Source: Chloroflexota bacterium (lineage in GTDB: Bacteria > Chloroflexota > UBA11872 > UBA12225). Taken from it: a stretch of DNA of 64,000 bases. The notes beneath the pieces are model-generated. The model did no database searches and was not told the DNA's origin. It worked only from the letters and a program-made list of their open reading frames with translations. The stretch is taken from the NCBI GenBank assembly GCA_030447525.1, contig JAUJOR010000010.1, positions 141,113 through 205,112 on the forward strand, read 5' to 3'. The stretch's first letter is position 1. Every line of letters begins with the position of its first letter. The position numbers and the translations under genes are program-made. This document shows, piece by piece, positions 1 to 9,636 of this stretch.

Positions 1-601
1 TGGAGGCATGCAGCTCCACCGGCAAGGCCGACTGCCAGGCATGGGGACCCATCTCCGCCACCGCCTGCGCCCGAGACAGCAGGGGCACCGCCTGGGGGTG
101 CTCCCGGTGCAGCCAGGTGCCGTAGTGGCCGCTGGCCTTGTTGTGGCTGCAGGTCAGGTGTGCCTCCTGGAAGCCGTAGTAGGGGCCGTGCCAGCCCCCC
201 TTGCCCCCCGAGGCCATGGCCTCCGGGGTGTCCCATCCCTCGAACGAGTCGGGGGACTGCGGCAGGTGGTGCACGTCCAGGTGCCCCTTGCCGACGATGC
301 CGGTGCGATAGCCGTGCGCCGCGAGGGCGGTAGCCAGGGTCCACGTCTGGGGGGGGAAGCGGACGCCGTTGTCCCACAGGCCGTGGGCGTGGGGCCAGCG
401 TCCAGTCAGCACGCTGGCTCGCGCCGGCATGCAGATCGGGCTGGAGGTGTAGCAGCGCGCGAAGCGCACCCCCTCGCGCGCCAGCCGGTCGAGGTGGGGC
501 GTCCTGACGTGAGGGTTGCCCTGGGCGCCGATGGCGTCCCAGCGCAGCTGGTCGGCCATGATCAGGAGGACGTTGGGCCGCCTTGCTCGCTGTGTATCCA
601 C
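1..601 (-). CDS. Sulfatase, N-terminal part only; the gene continues beyond the window start
   Basis: The reverse-strand translation reads VDTQRARRPNVLLIMADQLRWD...YTSSPICMPARASVLTGRW, which is the sulfatase N-terminus with the CxPxR formylglycine motif. A GTG start at 601 is preceded by AAGGGAGG 5 nt upstream. It is absent from the ORF track because it has no in-window stop. Confidence 0.75.
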   Translation of the reverse strand, partial: MDTQRARRPNVLLIMADQLRWDAIGAQGNPHVRTPHLDRLAREGVRFARCYTSSPICMPARASVLTGRWPHAHGLWDNGVRFPPQTWTLATALAAHGYRTGIVGKGHLDVHHLPQSPDSFEGWDTPEAMASGGKGGWHGPYYGFQEAHLTCSHNKASGHYGTWLHREHPQAVPLLSRAQAVAEMGPHAWQSALPVELHAS

Positions 602-657
602 GTCCCCTCCCTTTCCCGTCTCCGCTCCCGTCTCCGGGCGGGGGCCGTCCCCAGTCC

Positions 658-2391
658 TCAGCGCAGGTACTGCTGCATGGCGTCTTTGCTGGAGTCGAAG
701 ATGGGGGTGTAGTCCCACAGGGTGCCGTTGCGGCGCATCGCCTCCCGGATCATCATACGGGAGGCGATGCTGCGCCGGACGTCCGCCTCGATCCGCTCGA
801 AGTCGAAGCGCTCCGCGATGGCCCCCCGCAGCTCCCGCTCCACGGGGGCGTGCTGAGGCTTTCCGATCAAGTTGTCCCACTCCCCCGGATCGGTCTCCAA
901 GTCGAACAGCTGGGCGTCCACCCCGACCATCAGGTTCAGCTTGAAGCGCCCGCGCCGGACCATAAAGCACGGCACCGGGTTGTCCTCGACGTGCATCTCG
1001 GCGAAGGTCGTCCGGGGGGCCGTGTCCGAGCCGCCGAGCAGGCCCAGCAGGCTCCGGCCATCCAGGGGCAGGCGGGCCTCATCTGGGACGCCGGCCAGGT
1101 CGAGGAACGTCGGCAGCAGGTCGATCAGGTTCACCGGCTGGCGCACCACCGTCCCGGCGTGGGCGTCCCCGGGGAAGCGGGCGATCAAAGGCACGCGGCT
1201 GGAGGGATCATAGAAGATGCGCTTTTGCACCATCCCCTTCTCGCAGAGCATGTCCCCGTGGTCGGAGCTAAAGACCACTACCGTGTCTTCCCACAGGTTG
1301 TGCTCCTGCAGGGTGGCGATCAGCTCGCCCACCTTGCGGTCGATATACGTGATCAGGGCGTAGTAGGCCCGCCGCACGCGGTACAGGCTCTCCGGGCTGC
1401 GCAGCTCCTCCTGGAAGTGGCGCACGCCGTGGTTGGCGTTGAGCCAGCGGTCCATCGCCGAGTAGCGAGATTCCAGGTCTTCCGGGAAGTGGGGGAGGGC
1501 GATCTCCTCCCCTTCGTAGAGGTCCCACACATCCTGGGGTGGCCAGAACGGCTCGTGCGGGTGGTGGTAGGAGACGCACAGGAACCAGGGCGCAGGGCGG
1601 CCCCCCGCGCCGGAGGCGTGCTGGCGCTCGGCCGCGCCCTCCTCGGCGCCCAGCGGGCTCTGCCCCAGCTGGCTCTGCTCGCCGTCCGGCCCGGCTCCCC
1701 CGCGCTGCCCGGCTCCCGGCCGGGCGGCCGGCGTCGGACGCCCCCAGCGGCGCTCCGCCATCCCCTTGACTGCCCCCTGGGCGCGGAGATACTCCAGGGC
1801 GCGGAAGTGGGTCTCCTCGTCGTAGCTGAGGTGGTGGTGCCAGCGCCCGACGTGGACGTTGGAGCCGACGTAGTTCCCGGCGTGGCGCCCACGCCCCCGC
1901 TCCGGGCTAAACGCCGCCGGGTCGCGGGCGAGCGCCCAGGGGGAGCGATTGTCCAGCATGTTGAACTCTTCGGCGTAGATGTCCGTGGTCAGCCGGCGCC
2001 GGAAGCCGTGCAGCTGGTCCGGCCCCACGAAGTGCATCTTGCCGGAGAGGACGCAGTCGTAGCCGGCGTTGGTCAAGTAGTGACCGACGGAGGGGATGTC
2101 CGCGGCGAAGAGGGCGGCGTTGTCGTAGACGCGGTTGGTCGAGGTGTACTGGCCGCTGACCAGGCAGGCACGGGCCGGGGCGCACAGGGGCGAGGGGGAG
2201 TAGGCGGCGTCGAAACGCACTCCCCGGCGCACGAGCGCGTCCAGGTTCGGCGTCCGCACCACCGGATGCCCATAGGCGCCGGTGAGGGTGGCCACCAGCT
2301 CGTCGGCCATGATCAGCAGGATGTTGGGGGCGCCCGGAGCGGCCAGGGCGCCGGGGACGGTGGGATGGGACGCTTCCATCACGTGCTGCAC
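658..2391 (-). CDS. Sulfatase (arylsulfatase / choline-sulfatase-like) with an internal low-complexity Gly/Ala/Pro insertion
   Basis: 577-aa ORF with NILLIMADE, SPLCAPARACLVSGQY (CxPxR) and a C-terminal VVFSSDHGDMLCEKG sulfatase core. The GTG start is preceded by GGAG. Confidence 0.85.
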   Translation of the reverse strand: MQHVMEASHPTVPGALAAPGAPNILLIMADELVATLTGAYGHPVVRTPNLDALVRRGVRFDAAYSPSPLCAPARACLVSGQYTSTNRVYDNAALFAADIPSVGHYLTNAGYDCVLSGKMHFVGPDQLHGFRRRLTTDIYAEEFNMLDNRSPWALARDPAAFSPERGRGRHAGNYVGSNVHVGRWHHHLSYDEETHFRALEYLRAQGAVKGMAERRWGRPTPAARPGAGQRGGAGPDGEQSQLGQSPLGAEEGAAERQHASGAGGRPAPWFLCVSYHHPHEPFWPPQDVWDLYEGEEIALPHFPEDLESRYSAMDRWLNANHGVRHFQEELRSPESLYRVRRAYYALITYIDRKVGELIATLQEHNLWEDTVVVFSSDHGDMLCEKGMVQKRIFYDPSSRVPLIARFPGDAHAGTVVRQPVNLIDLLPTFLDLAGVPDEARLPLDGRSLLGLLGGSDTAPRTTFAEMHVEDNPVPCFMVRRGRFKLNLMVGVDAQLFDLETDPGEWDNLIGKPQHAPVERELRGAIAERFDFERIEADVRRSIASRMMIREAMRRNGTLWDYTPIFDSSKDAMQQYLR

Positions 2392-2679
2392 CTGCTCCGT
2401 TGCAATGTCAGGCGTGTCACTGCTGTGCCTCCTCGCGGGTCATGATCCGCGCCAGGGGGCGGGGCATTGCTTCGTTTGCATCAAGATGCGGCCATGGGGC
2501 CGCATCGTACCTGCAGCGAACGTCGCGCCGCCATCCCGGGCGGTGGCGGACCAGGCGATGAGCGCCGTGAAGGAGACGCCGGCCGCTCGACCAGAGCGAG
2601 CTTACCCGGCGCCGCGCCGACCCGTCGACACCAGCCCCTCAACAGGTGAGATACATAGGAGCGTCACTCACGCCCGCGC

Positions 2680-4071
2680 TCACGGGCGCGGCAGGTTCAT
2701 GATGGACTGCATCTCGCTGTTCAGCTCGCGCAGGAGGCCCGGCTCGACCTTGGCCTGCCCGTCCGTGATCTTGCGCGTGGCGGGGTCGCGGATGGCCTCA
2801 ACTTCCGGGGCGCGGAAGTTGGCCGGGGCGCTGTAGGGCTCCTTGATCTCCTTGATGGAGTCCAGCTGCACCTGCTGCGCCTGCTTCGGGAGTTGCGGGT
2901 GGTTCAAGATGCGCGAATCGGCCCACACGTCCGGCCGGCCGCCCAACGTGGTGGAGCCCTTGGTCTGCAGCCCCAGCGCCACCCCCATCTCCTTGTCGGT
3001 CAGCCACTTCATCAGCTCAAAGGCGGCGTCGGGGGCCTTGGACTGCCTGGCCACCGACTGCGCGTCCCCGGCGAACATCCCGCCGCGCTTCCCGGTCTTG
3101 GTGTGCTTGGGCATCATCGCCCCGTCCCACTTGAACTTGTCGCCCACCTTGGGGAGCAGCTCCACCGTCTTGAAGTTGAAGTACGTGCGCCCGATCATGG
3201 CCACCTTACCCTCCACGAACGCCGCCGCCGCGCCGGGGATGGGATGCATCGTGCGCTCGCGCTGGATCAGGTTCTCGTACCACTGCATCGCCTCCAGCAC
3301 CTGGGGCGAGTCCATCGTGGCCTTGGTGCCGTCCTTGGAATAGGCGTCCCCGTTGAACGCCCGCAGGTGCGCCACGTGCGCTTCGCCCCCCCAGGAGTTG
3401 ACGGCGTAGCCCCACTGTGTGGTCTCCTGGCCCTGGCGCTCGGTAAGCTGCTGCGCCGCCTTGAACAGATCGTCCAGCGACCAGTTGTTGGTGGGGAGTG
3501 GCACGCCGCGCCTCTCGAAGAGGTTGGCGTTGTAGAAGAAGCCGGCGGCGAGCACCTGCCCCTTATAAGGCAGGCCGAACAGCTTGCCGTCGATCTTCAT
3601 GATGTCGATCACCTCGGGGAACCACTGCTTCAGGTCCACCTTGTCGCGCGCCAGCAGGTTGTCGATGTTCAGGAAGGCCCCGGCCGCGGCAAAGTTGTGG
3701 AAGCTCTGGCTGCCCAGGAAGGAGTGCACGTTGTCCGGCAGCGTGTCCGAGGCCGCCATCGTCTGCAGCTTGGCGATCAACTCGCCGCCGGTCACCACCT
3801 CGCGCTCGACCGAGATGTGTGGGAACTGCTCCTTGAAGGCCGGCAGCCGCGCGTCGAGGGCCTGGGACTCCTGGTCGAGACGCTCGATCAGCCGGATCTG
3901 TGCCGGCGCGGTGCCCCTTGCCGCCTGCCCGCCGCCCCCGCCCTCGCCTCCAGACCCGGCGCCCGGCGCGCAGGCGGCGAGCGCCGCCAGACCCGCCGTC
4001 CCACTTGCGCCCAGGCGGGCCATCGCCCGCCGCGTGACCCGTTCCGCCACCCACTTGCCCGTTGATTCCAT
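2680..4071 (-). CDS. ABC transporter sugar-binding lipoprotein (family 1 extracellular solute-binding protein)
   Basis: The ATG at 4071 (MESTGKW) is preceded by AAGAGGAG. The N-terminus has a signal/lipobox (LAALAACAPGAG). Typical SBP motifs appear throughout. The longer upstream extension in the ORF track is Arg-rich and is probably not translated. Confidence 0.8.
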   Translation of the reverse strand: MESTGKWVAERVTRRAMARLGASGTAGLAALAACAPGAGSGGEGGGGGQAARGTAPAQIRLIERLDQESQALDARLPAFKEQFPHISVEREVVTGGELIAKLQTMAASDTLPDNVHSFLGSQSFHNFAAAGAFLNIDNLLARDKVDLKQWFPEVIDIMKIDGKLFGLPYKGQVLAAGFFYNANLFERRGVPLPTNNWSLDDLFKAAQQLTERQGQETTQWGYAVNSWGGEAHVAHLRAFNGDAYSKDGTKATMDSPQVLEAMQWYENLIQRERTMHPIPGAAAAFVEGKVAMIGRTYFNFKTVELLPKVGDKFKWDGAMMPKHTKTGKRGGMFAGDAQSVARQSKAPDAAFELMKWLTDKEMGVALGLQTKGSTTLGGRPDVWADSRILNHPQLPKQAQQVQLDSIKEIKEPYSAPANFRAPEVEAIRDPATRKITDGQAKVEPGLLRELNSEMQSIMNLPRP

Positions 4072-4308
4072 GCCATGATCTCCTCTTACGCTGGTCATGC
4101 TTGCATCCCTCCCTGGGAGACCTCTCCCAGTCAGACCAGGCCCCATCAGTGTGCCCGAGGACGCGCAGCCACCGGCCGGGCTTCTCGCCTCAGGCTGACC
4201 GACGGCCCGGACTTCCAGTGCCAGCTGCAAGAGGGCATCAAGCCGTTGCTGCCCAACCGCGCCTCGGTGGCGCAGGCGGTACGTGAGCTGCGCCGGATGT
4301 TGGAGCCG

Positions 4309-4336
4309 CAAGTCCGTAGTTACGTAGTTACGTAGT
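4309..4336. promoter_or_regulatory. AT-rich tandem repeat (GTAGTTAC x3, containing palindromic TACGTA cores) abutting the start codon of the glycoside-hydrolase gene
   Basis: CCGTAGTTACGTAGTTACGTAGTATGG stands out in a 70% GC background. It lies in the divergent SBP / GH intergenic region. Confidence 0.3.
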
Positions 4337-5449
4337 ATGGAAGAAAGTATGACAGCCGACAGGCTAGACCGATTTGGCGGCTGGACCGCCGTTCAAGCTG
4401 ACGCGACGGGGTTCTTCCGGGTAGCAGAGGTGGCCGGCCGGTGGTGGTTCATCACTCCGGAAGGGCATGGGTTCCTCTCGCTGGGTGTGAACCACATCGA
4501 CTCGTCGGCGCTGAAGTACCCGGATAACCACGCTGTCTGGAAGGGGCGCTTCGGGGACGAGGAGACGTTCCTAAAGCACGGAGTCTACCGGGATCTCACC
4601 GGGTGGGGTTTCAACACTATTGGATGGTCCCAGGAGGTGGTGGTGCCCGGCCGGACACACACCCCTCCTTGGGGCCATCACCAGTACCGGTGGGCCGGCC
4701 TCCCGTACTGTCACCTCCTCCCATTCAGTGAGATGGAGCTGTGGAACAAGTATCCAAGGTATCCCGACGTCTTCAGTACCGAGTTCGCGGATTGGTGTGA
4801 CTATGTAGCCCGCGCATCTTGCGCGGACATGGCCGACGATCCGTTCCTCATCGGCTACTTCTACGCCGATGTTCCTGCCTGGGGAGGGCACCCCGGGGGG
4901 CAGCAGTGGCCCGGCGCAGCGGAGGGGGATGCGGCCGGCCAGCCGGCTGATCTTCAGCACATTGCCGAGCGTTATTACCAGACCATTCACGACGCTGTGC
5001 GCCGGTACGATCCAAACCATCTCCTTCTGGGAGACCGGTACGAGGGTCGGGCACCCCTGCCGAAGGTGGTCTTAGACGCCATGGTCCCCACCGTAGACGT
5101 GGTGAGCATGCAGTATTTCCCGCCACTCGACGGTCTGCTTGATCTGGTGCAAGAATGGCATGGCGCTACGGGGAAGCCGGTCCTGCTCGCCGACAGCGCC
5201 TTCCACCTGCATAACCGACGCATGGCCATTGCCGGTCAGGCCGAGCGCGGCCGGCTGTACGCCGAATGGACGGAGCGCTGTTTCCAGGTCCCCTGCTTTA
5301 TCGGCTGGCACTGGTGTGCGTACATTGAGAATCTGTGCCGCCGCGCAGGGCTGAAGGACCGCTTCGATGAGCCATATGGTGAAGCGATCGGACCGATGAG
5401 CGAGGCTAATCGTCGCGTCTATCGGGTGGCTACCGGCACGCAGGCATGA
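4337..5449 (+). CDS. Putative glycoside hydrolase, TIM-barrel GH5-like / DUF4038-like family (family not resolved)
   Basis: 370-aa ORF with a WWFITPEGHGFLSLGVNHI cellulase-like N-terminal segment and a Trp/acidic-rich barrel. It is divergent from the SBP gene, and an AT-rich repeat sits at its start. Confidence 0.45.
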   Translation: MEESMTADRLDRFGGWTAVQADATGFFRVAEVAGRWWFITPEGHGFLSLGVNHIDSSALKYPDNHAVWKGRFGDEETFLKHGVYRDLTGWGFNTIGWSQEVVVPGRTHTPPWGHHQYRWAGLPYCHLLPFSEMELWNKYPRYPDVFSTEFADWCDYVARASCADMADDPFLIGYFYADVPAWGGHPGGQQWPGAAEGDAAGQPADLQHIAERYYQTIHDAVRRYDPNHLLLGDRYEGRAPLPKVVLDAMVPTVDVVSMQYFPPLDGLLDLVQEWHGATGKPVLLADSAFHLHNRRMAIAGQAERGRLYAEWTERCFQVPCFIGWHWCAYIENLCRRAGLKDRFDEPYGEAIGPMSEANRRVYRVATGTQA

Positions 5450-5474
5450 CGATCAATCTGCCGAGCCTTGTGCC

Positions 5475-5927
5475 CTACGCTTGCCTCAGGCTGGCGTGGA
5501 ACTCGTGGAAGTCCTCCAGCTTGTTCAGGGTCACGGCGTCCTTGATCGAGCCGTCGTCAGGCAGGCCCACGACGCTGAGGATGGACTGCCGCGTGCTGTC
5601 ATCATGGATGTACCCGGCGATGGCAGCGTTGTGGCGCTCAATGGCCGTCGGGTCGATCTGACCCCCCTTTTGCTGGCGTACCCACTGCTCGAACTGCGGG
5701 TACGTCGGGAACTCGGTCTTGAGGTACCCAATGGTCTGCTCGCGGTCGAGGCCCAGCCCGTCCAACGTCATCTGGTCGAAGCCCCTGCCACACTCGTCGT
5801 ACCCTTCGTGGAGCATCCCCTTGCTGCTCAGGAGCACCTTCTGCCACAGCCGCGGCAGGTGCATTGCCCCCAGCGGCCCCTTCACGTCAGAGCTGATCAA
5901 CGGCACCATCTTCTGCCCGGCCATCAC
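5475..5927 (-). CDS. DUF5069-family small protein
   Basis: 150 aa. The pattern VPLISSDVKGPLGAMHLPRLW...YPQFEQWV...GLPDDGSIKDAVTLNKL matches my recollection of the DUF5069 consensus. Confidence 0.5.
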   Translation of the reverse strand: MMAGQKMVPLISSDVKGPLGAMHLPRLWQKVLLSSKGMLHEGYDECGRGFDQMTLDGLGLDREQTIGYLKTEFPTYPQFEQWVRQQKGGQIDPTAIERHNAAIAGYIHDDSTRQSILSVVGLPDDGSIKDAVTLNKLEDFHEFHASLRQA

Positions 5928-6172
5928 ACCTCCCCTTCGTCGTCACGCCCCGGCAACCCGTTCGCCGGCGGCCCGTACATGGGGATGCGCCGGCCCCCGA
6001 GGCGGAGACAATGTAATCGGCCGGCGGCGCCGTGTCAAAGACCGGACCCGTCGTCGAGCGGACGCCATCGTCGCTTCGTGGGGCACGAAGGCGTTCGAGG
6101 CCCAGGGCCAGCGTGCGCTGCTCTACCAGTGAGCCACTCTCCCTATCCCGCTATCGTAGGGCAATAGCCTCC

Positions 6173-7075
6173 TCAATCGCCCTGACGCCACCGCTCATCG
6201 GCATCGGTCAGCAGGTGCCGCAGGTAGCTGTCTCGGTTCGTCAGAAAGTCGTGCGTGATCCGGAAGTACTCGGTGTCTTCGTACGCGACCGGCACGATGC
6301 TCGCCGCCGTGAGCTGGTAGATCCGAGCGGTAGGGTAGGCCAGCAAGACCGGCGAGTGCGTGGCGATCACGAACCGGGAGTCGCGGCGCCGGACGTGCTC
6401 ATCGAGCAGCGGGAGCAAGGCCAGCTGGCGGGCGGGAGAGAGGGCGGCCTCCGGTTCGTCCAGGAGGTAAAGGCCGTTCCCGCGGAAGCGGTGCGTTGCC
6501 AAGGCGAGAAACGCCTCGCGCCGGCCAAAGCTGCGCGCCGGCGCGGTGGTCTGGATTGCCAGCTCCATCAGAGGCCCAACTGTGTCCGCATTGGGGGGTT
6601 CATCGGTGTTGTGGCTCGGGGCTCGTTCAACTAAGTGCTTCAGGGTCGAAGCGGCGATGAAGCGCCGGAACGAGATGGAGGAGAGGCCGGCCAGGGCGCA
6701 CACGGCATCGCCCGGGAGGACCGGAATGGCGACGATCACGAACAGCCAGAGGCCGCCCCGTGCCGCCAGCACCCCGGTATAGCGCTCGATAGTCTGAGGC
6801 TTCAGCAGGCGCCGTACCAGTGGTTTCCCCCAGCGACGGGCGAGCGCAAACACCACCATCGAGCCAGCTGCTACGCCGCCCAGGGTGAGCGCGAGCGCCA
6901 TCCAGGGGCCGAAGGCCAGGGCGCCAACGGCAGGCAGCAGGCCGCCGGGGAGCGGCGAGAGGATCACCTGGGCGGCCTCGACGAGGAAGTAGGCCAGCGG
7001 CGCCAGGAGGCCAAACTCCTCGCCTGGCCACGCTCGCCCAGCGGGAGCGCCAGGTGACCCTGACGCGCGGGGCAC
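6173..7075 (-). pseudogene. Chimeric ORF: a TVP38/DedA-like membrane segment (about 6610-7075) fused to the C-terminal Walker-B/H-loop part of a COG3910-type AAA/ABC-like ATPase (about 6173-6610)
   Basis: The N-terminal half (LLAPLAYFLVEAAQVILSPLPGG...GKPLVRRLL) resembles the VTT/DedA domain. The C-terminal half (GLYLLDEPEAALSP...FVIATHSPVLLAYP) is an ATPase lacking its Walker A and signature motif. One frame spans two unrelated partial genes. Confidence 0.5.
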
Positions 7076-7443
7076 AGCGAGGACTGCCGGCCGCGGTGGC
7101 CGACCGCCAGCGCCTCGTGCAGGTGCTGCTCAACCTGGTGCGCAACGCCGTGGCGTACACGCCGGAAGGCGGTATAGTCGCCGTCACCGCCGAGCGCTCC
7201 GACCCCGGACAGGTGGCGTTCACGGTCGTCGACACCGGCGTGGGCATTGCACCGGAGGACCTGCCGCACGTCTTCGAGCGCTTCTACCGCGCCGACCCAT
7301 CACGCACGCGGGCGAGCGGTGGCTTTGGCCTCGGCCTCGCCATCGTGCGTGACCTGGTCAGGGCGGTGGGAGGAGCAGTGGAGCTCGAGAGCGTGGAGGG
7401 CGAAGGGACGCGCTTCCGCGTTCTGTTGCCGGCGGCGCCCTGA
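7054..7443 (+). pseudogene. Sensor histidine kinase remnant: only the HATPase_c C-terminal domain remains
   Basis: The sequence DRQRLVQVLLNLVRNAVAYTPEGG...VDTGVGIAPEDLPHVFERFYRAD...GLGLAIVRDLV carries the N, G1 and G2 boxes. No HisKA or sensor part lies upstream, which is instead occupied by the opposite-strand chimera. Confidence 0.65.
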
Positions 7444-7485
7444 CATCACCTGCTTCGATAGACAGCGGCCGGCGCACGGAAGCAG

Positions 7486-8106
7486 ATGGCACGCATTCTG
7501 ATCGTCGAGGACGAGGTCGATCTCTCCAACCTGCTGCGCTCGCACCTGGAGCAGGATGGTCACGAGGTGGTGCAGGCGTTCGACGGACCAACAGGTCTGG
7601 CGCAGGTGGAGCAGCACAATCCGCAGCTGGTGATCCTGGACTGGATGCTCCCCGGGCTAGACGGATTGGCGGTCTGCCGGCGCATCCGGGAGCGCCACCT
7701 GGTGCCGGTGATCATGCTCACGGCGCGGAACGAGGAGATCGACCGCGTGCTGGGCCTGGAGGCGGGGGCCGATGACTATGTCCCTAAGCCGTTCGGGATC
7801 CGCGAGCTCCTGGCCCGCGTGCGGGCCGCGCTGCGCCGTGGCGCGCTCGGCACGGGCGCGGCCACCAGCGTGGGCGCCCTGCACTCGACGAACGCTGCGA
7901 GGGCGTCCGCTCCGGCCTCGCGCGGCGGATCGGAGCTCCCGGCGGCGCCGGGTCCGGTGGTGCGGGGGTCGCTCCGCATCGATCCGGCGGCCCGCACCGT
8001 CTCAGTCCAAGCCAACCAGGTGGACTTGACCCGCACGGCGCAGGCGAAAAGTGCCAGTCCTCGTGCCGCGCTGGGAAGGTCATCAGCCAGGAACCTGTGC
8101 GGTTGA
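7486..8106 (+). pseudogene. OmpR-family response regulator with an intact receiver domain and a truncated or missing winged-helix DNA-binding domain
   Basis: MARILIVEDEVDL...LDWMLPGLDG...DDYVPKPF is a complete REC domain. The linker reaches the point LRIDPAARTVSVQANQVDLTRT where the wHTH should begin, but the downstream sequence is unrelated in every frame. Confidence 0.6.
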
Positions 8107-8218
8107 TCGTCGGCGGCGCGTCCAGTGGGGTGACTAAGGAACCACTGGGCCGGCGCCCCTTGGACGGGCACGTACTCTTCTTGGCTCGGCGTGCCTGGAC
8201 GCGTATCCGGCTTGCGTG

Positions 8219-8650
8219 TTACTGGGACATGGGCAGGTCAAGAAGGTCGAGCCCGCTGTGATCATCTTGGACACGGCCAACATGCACGTCTTCCGTGCGC
8301 AGCCACACTTCGAGCGTGGGGTACACCGTGGCCTCCTCCACATGACCGCCCAGGACGGTGAAGTCCCGGCGGCTGAACACACCGTGCAGGTGCAGGTGGG
8401 GCTGGCCTCCCTTGCGCGAGGCATTCCCCTGGAAGCTCACCACTTCCATGTTCTCCTCCACGTCGCGGTATTCATAAGCGCGAGTTGCCGCATTCCAGTA
8501 GCCCAGGCGCACGCTCCGCACTGCCCCGACAGCGCTCAGGTTGGCGAACTCCACGTCCTCGGCGCGCAGAAACGCGAGGAGCGTCTCCTTGAGCGGCTCT
8601 TCCCGTTCAATCCGCACGATGTATCGATCCCCAAATCGACGAAAACGCAT
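8219..8650 (-). CDS. PPC (DUF296) domain protein, predicted DNA-binding (PD1-like) protein
   Basis: 143 aa. The pattern MRFRRFGDRYIVRIEREEPLKETLLAFLRAEDVEFANLSAVGAV...LHLHGVFSRRDFTVLGGHVEEATVYPTLEVWL is typical of this family. Confidence 0.6.
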   Translation of the reverse strand: MRFRRFGDRYIVRIEREEPLKETLLAFLRAEDVEFANLSAVGAVRSVRLGYWNAATRAYEYRDVEENMEVVSFQGNASRKGGQPHLHLHGVFSRRDFTVLGGHVEEATVYPTLEVWLRTEDVHVGRVQDDHSGLDLLDLPMSQ

Positions 8651-9084
8651 GTCAGTCTCCCTGTGGCTGTATCGGCTGCACGGGTACTTGGTTCGGGACC
8701 TGGCTCATGGTCCGCGGTGCCGCACCACGTCAGGTCACTGGTCGTGCCGCGAGCGGGTCGGATCTATGAGCGCTTTGGGCTTCCCAGATCGCCGGCGAGG
8801 GTGCGGTGAGCGCCGAGCCGATGATGCTACGCCTTGCACCGGTGGGGCGGGGCCCTGAGGAGATATCGCGACCACACCCTTGAGGAATGCTCCCCAAGAT
8901 GTCTCCGGTCACGCCCGGAACTCCCTCCCTCTCACGATCCTACCGTCTGTTCAGTGCTGCACGTGCGCCGGCTGCGCGTGGGTTCGGAGCGGCACCGGAG
9001 CGGGCGCGGGCGGCATACTAGAGGTGGAGCACTGCTGTTGCTGTACCGAGGGCCCGTCGAGCGCGCCCCCATTGCCTGACGCCG

Positions 9085-9636
9085 ATGACCATTGTCTTGC
9101 CGACGACGCTGTTGCTCGTCCGCCACGGTCACGTGACCGACAACACACCCGGCGCCGGGGCCCGCCTGTGCGGCTGGACCGACCCGCCGCTGAGTCCGCT
9201 CGGCCTCCGCCCGCGGTGGCGGGCGGCCCGGCGCGAGATCGGCTGCGGCGAGCTGGACGGCTGGATAGTGGAGGACGTGCGCCAGCACTTCCCGACCCTG
9301 TGGGCGGCCAACACACGCCAGGAGGACGCGGGGTTCCGTTGGCCGGGGAGCGAGAGCTACCGCGCCCTCCGCCGGCGAGTGCTGCGGGCGCTCAGGGGCA
9401 TCGCCGGCGCCCACCCGGGCCGGCGGGTGCTCGTGGTGACCCACGCCGGGGCGATCACGCAGGTGCTGGGCGCCCTCGCCGGGACGAGCCCTGCCCCCTG
9501 GGAGGCGTTCCGCGCCGGCAACGCCAGCATCACCGAGCTGCGCTGGCACGCCGGTGGAGGCGCACTCGTCCGCTTTGACGGCCGCGGCCACCTGGCGGGC
9601 GTGGCGGGCGACCCCGAGGCGCCGCTGCCGGCCTAA
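9085..9636 (+). CDS. Histidine phosphatase family protein (phosphoglycerate-mutase-like)
   Basis: It has LLLVRHGHVTDN (the RHG motif), GWTDPPLSPLG and VVTHAGAI. At 183 aa it is rather short for the family. Confidence 0.55.
   Translation: MTIVLPTTLLLVRHGHVTDNTPGAGARLCGWTDPPLSPLGLRPRWRAARREIGCGELDGWIVEDVRQHFPTLWAANTRQEDAGFRWPGSESYRALRRRVLRALRGIAGAHPGRRVLVVTHAGAITQVLGALAGTSPAPWEAFRAGNASITELRWHAGGGALVRFDGRGHLAGVAGDPEAPLPA

Noticed and set aside
8-2445. Plus-strand ORFs 8..712, 516..944 and 583..2445
   Set aside because: They are antisense to the two sulfatase genes, low-complexity, and have no motifs.
2487-2508. Perfect 9-bp inverted repeat GATGCGGCC-atgg-GGCCGCATC between the sulfatase and SBP genes
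   Set aside because: It could be a terminator for the SBP gene or an operator. There is no U-tract and no second copy in the window, which is not enough to call either.
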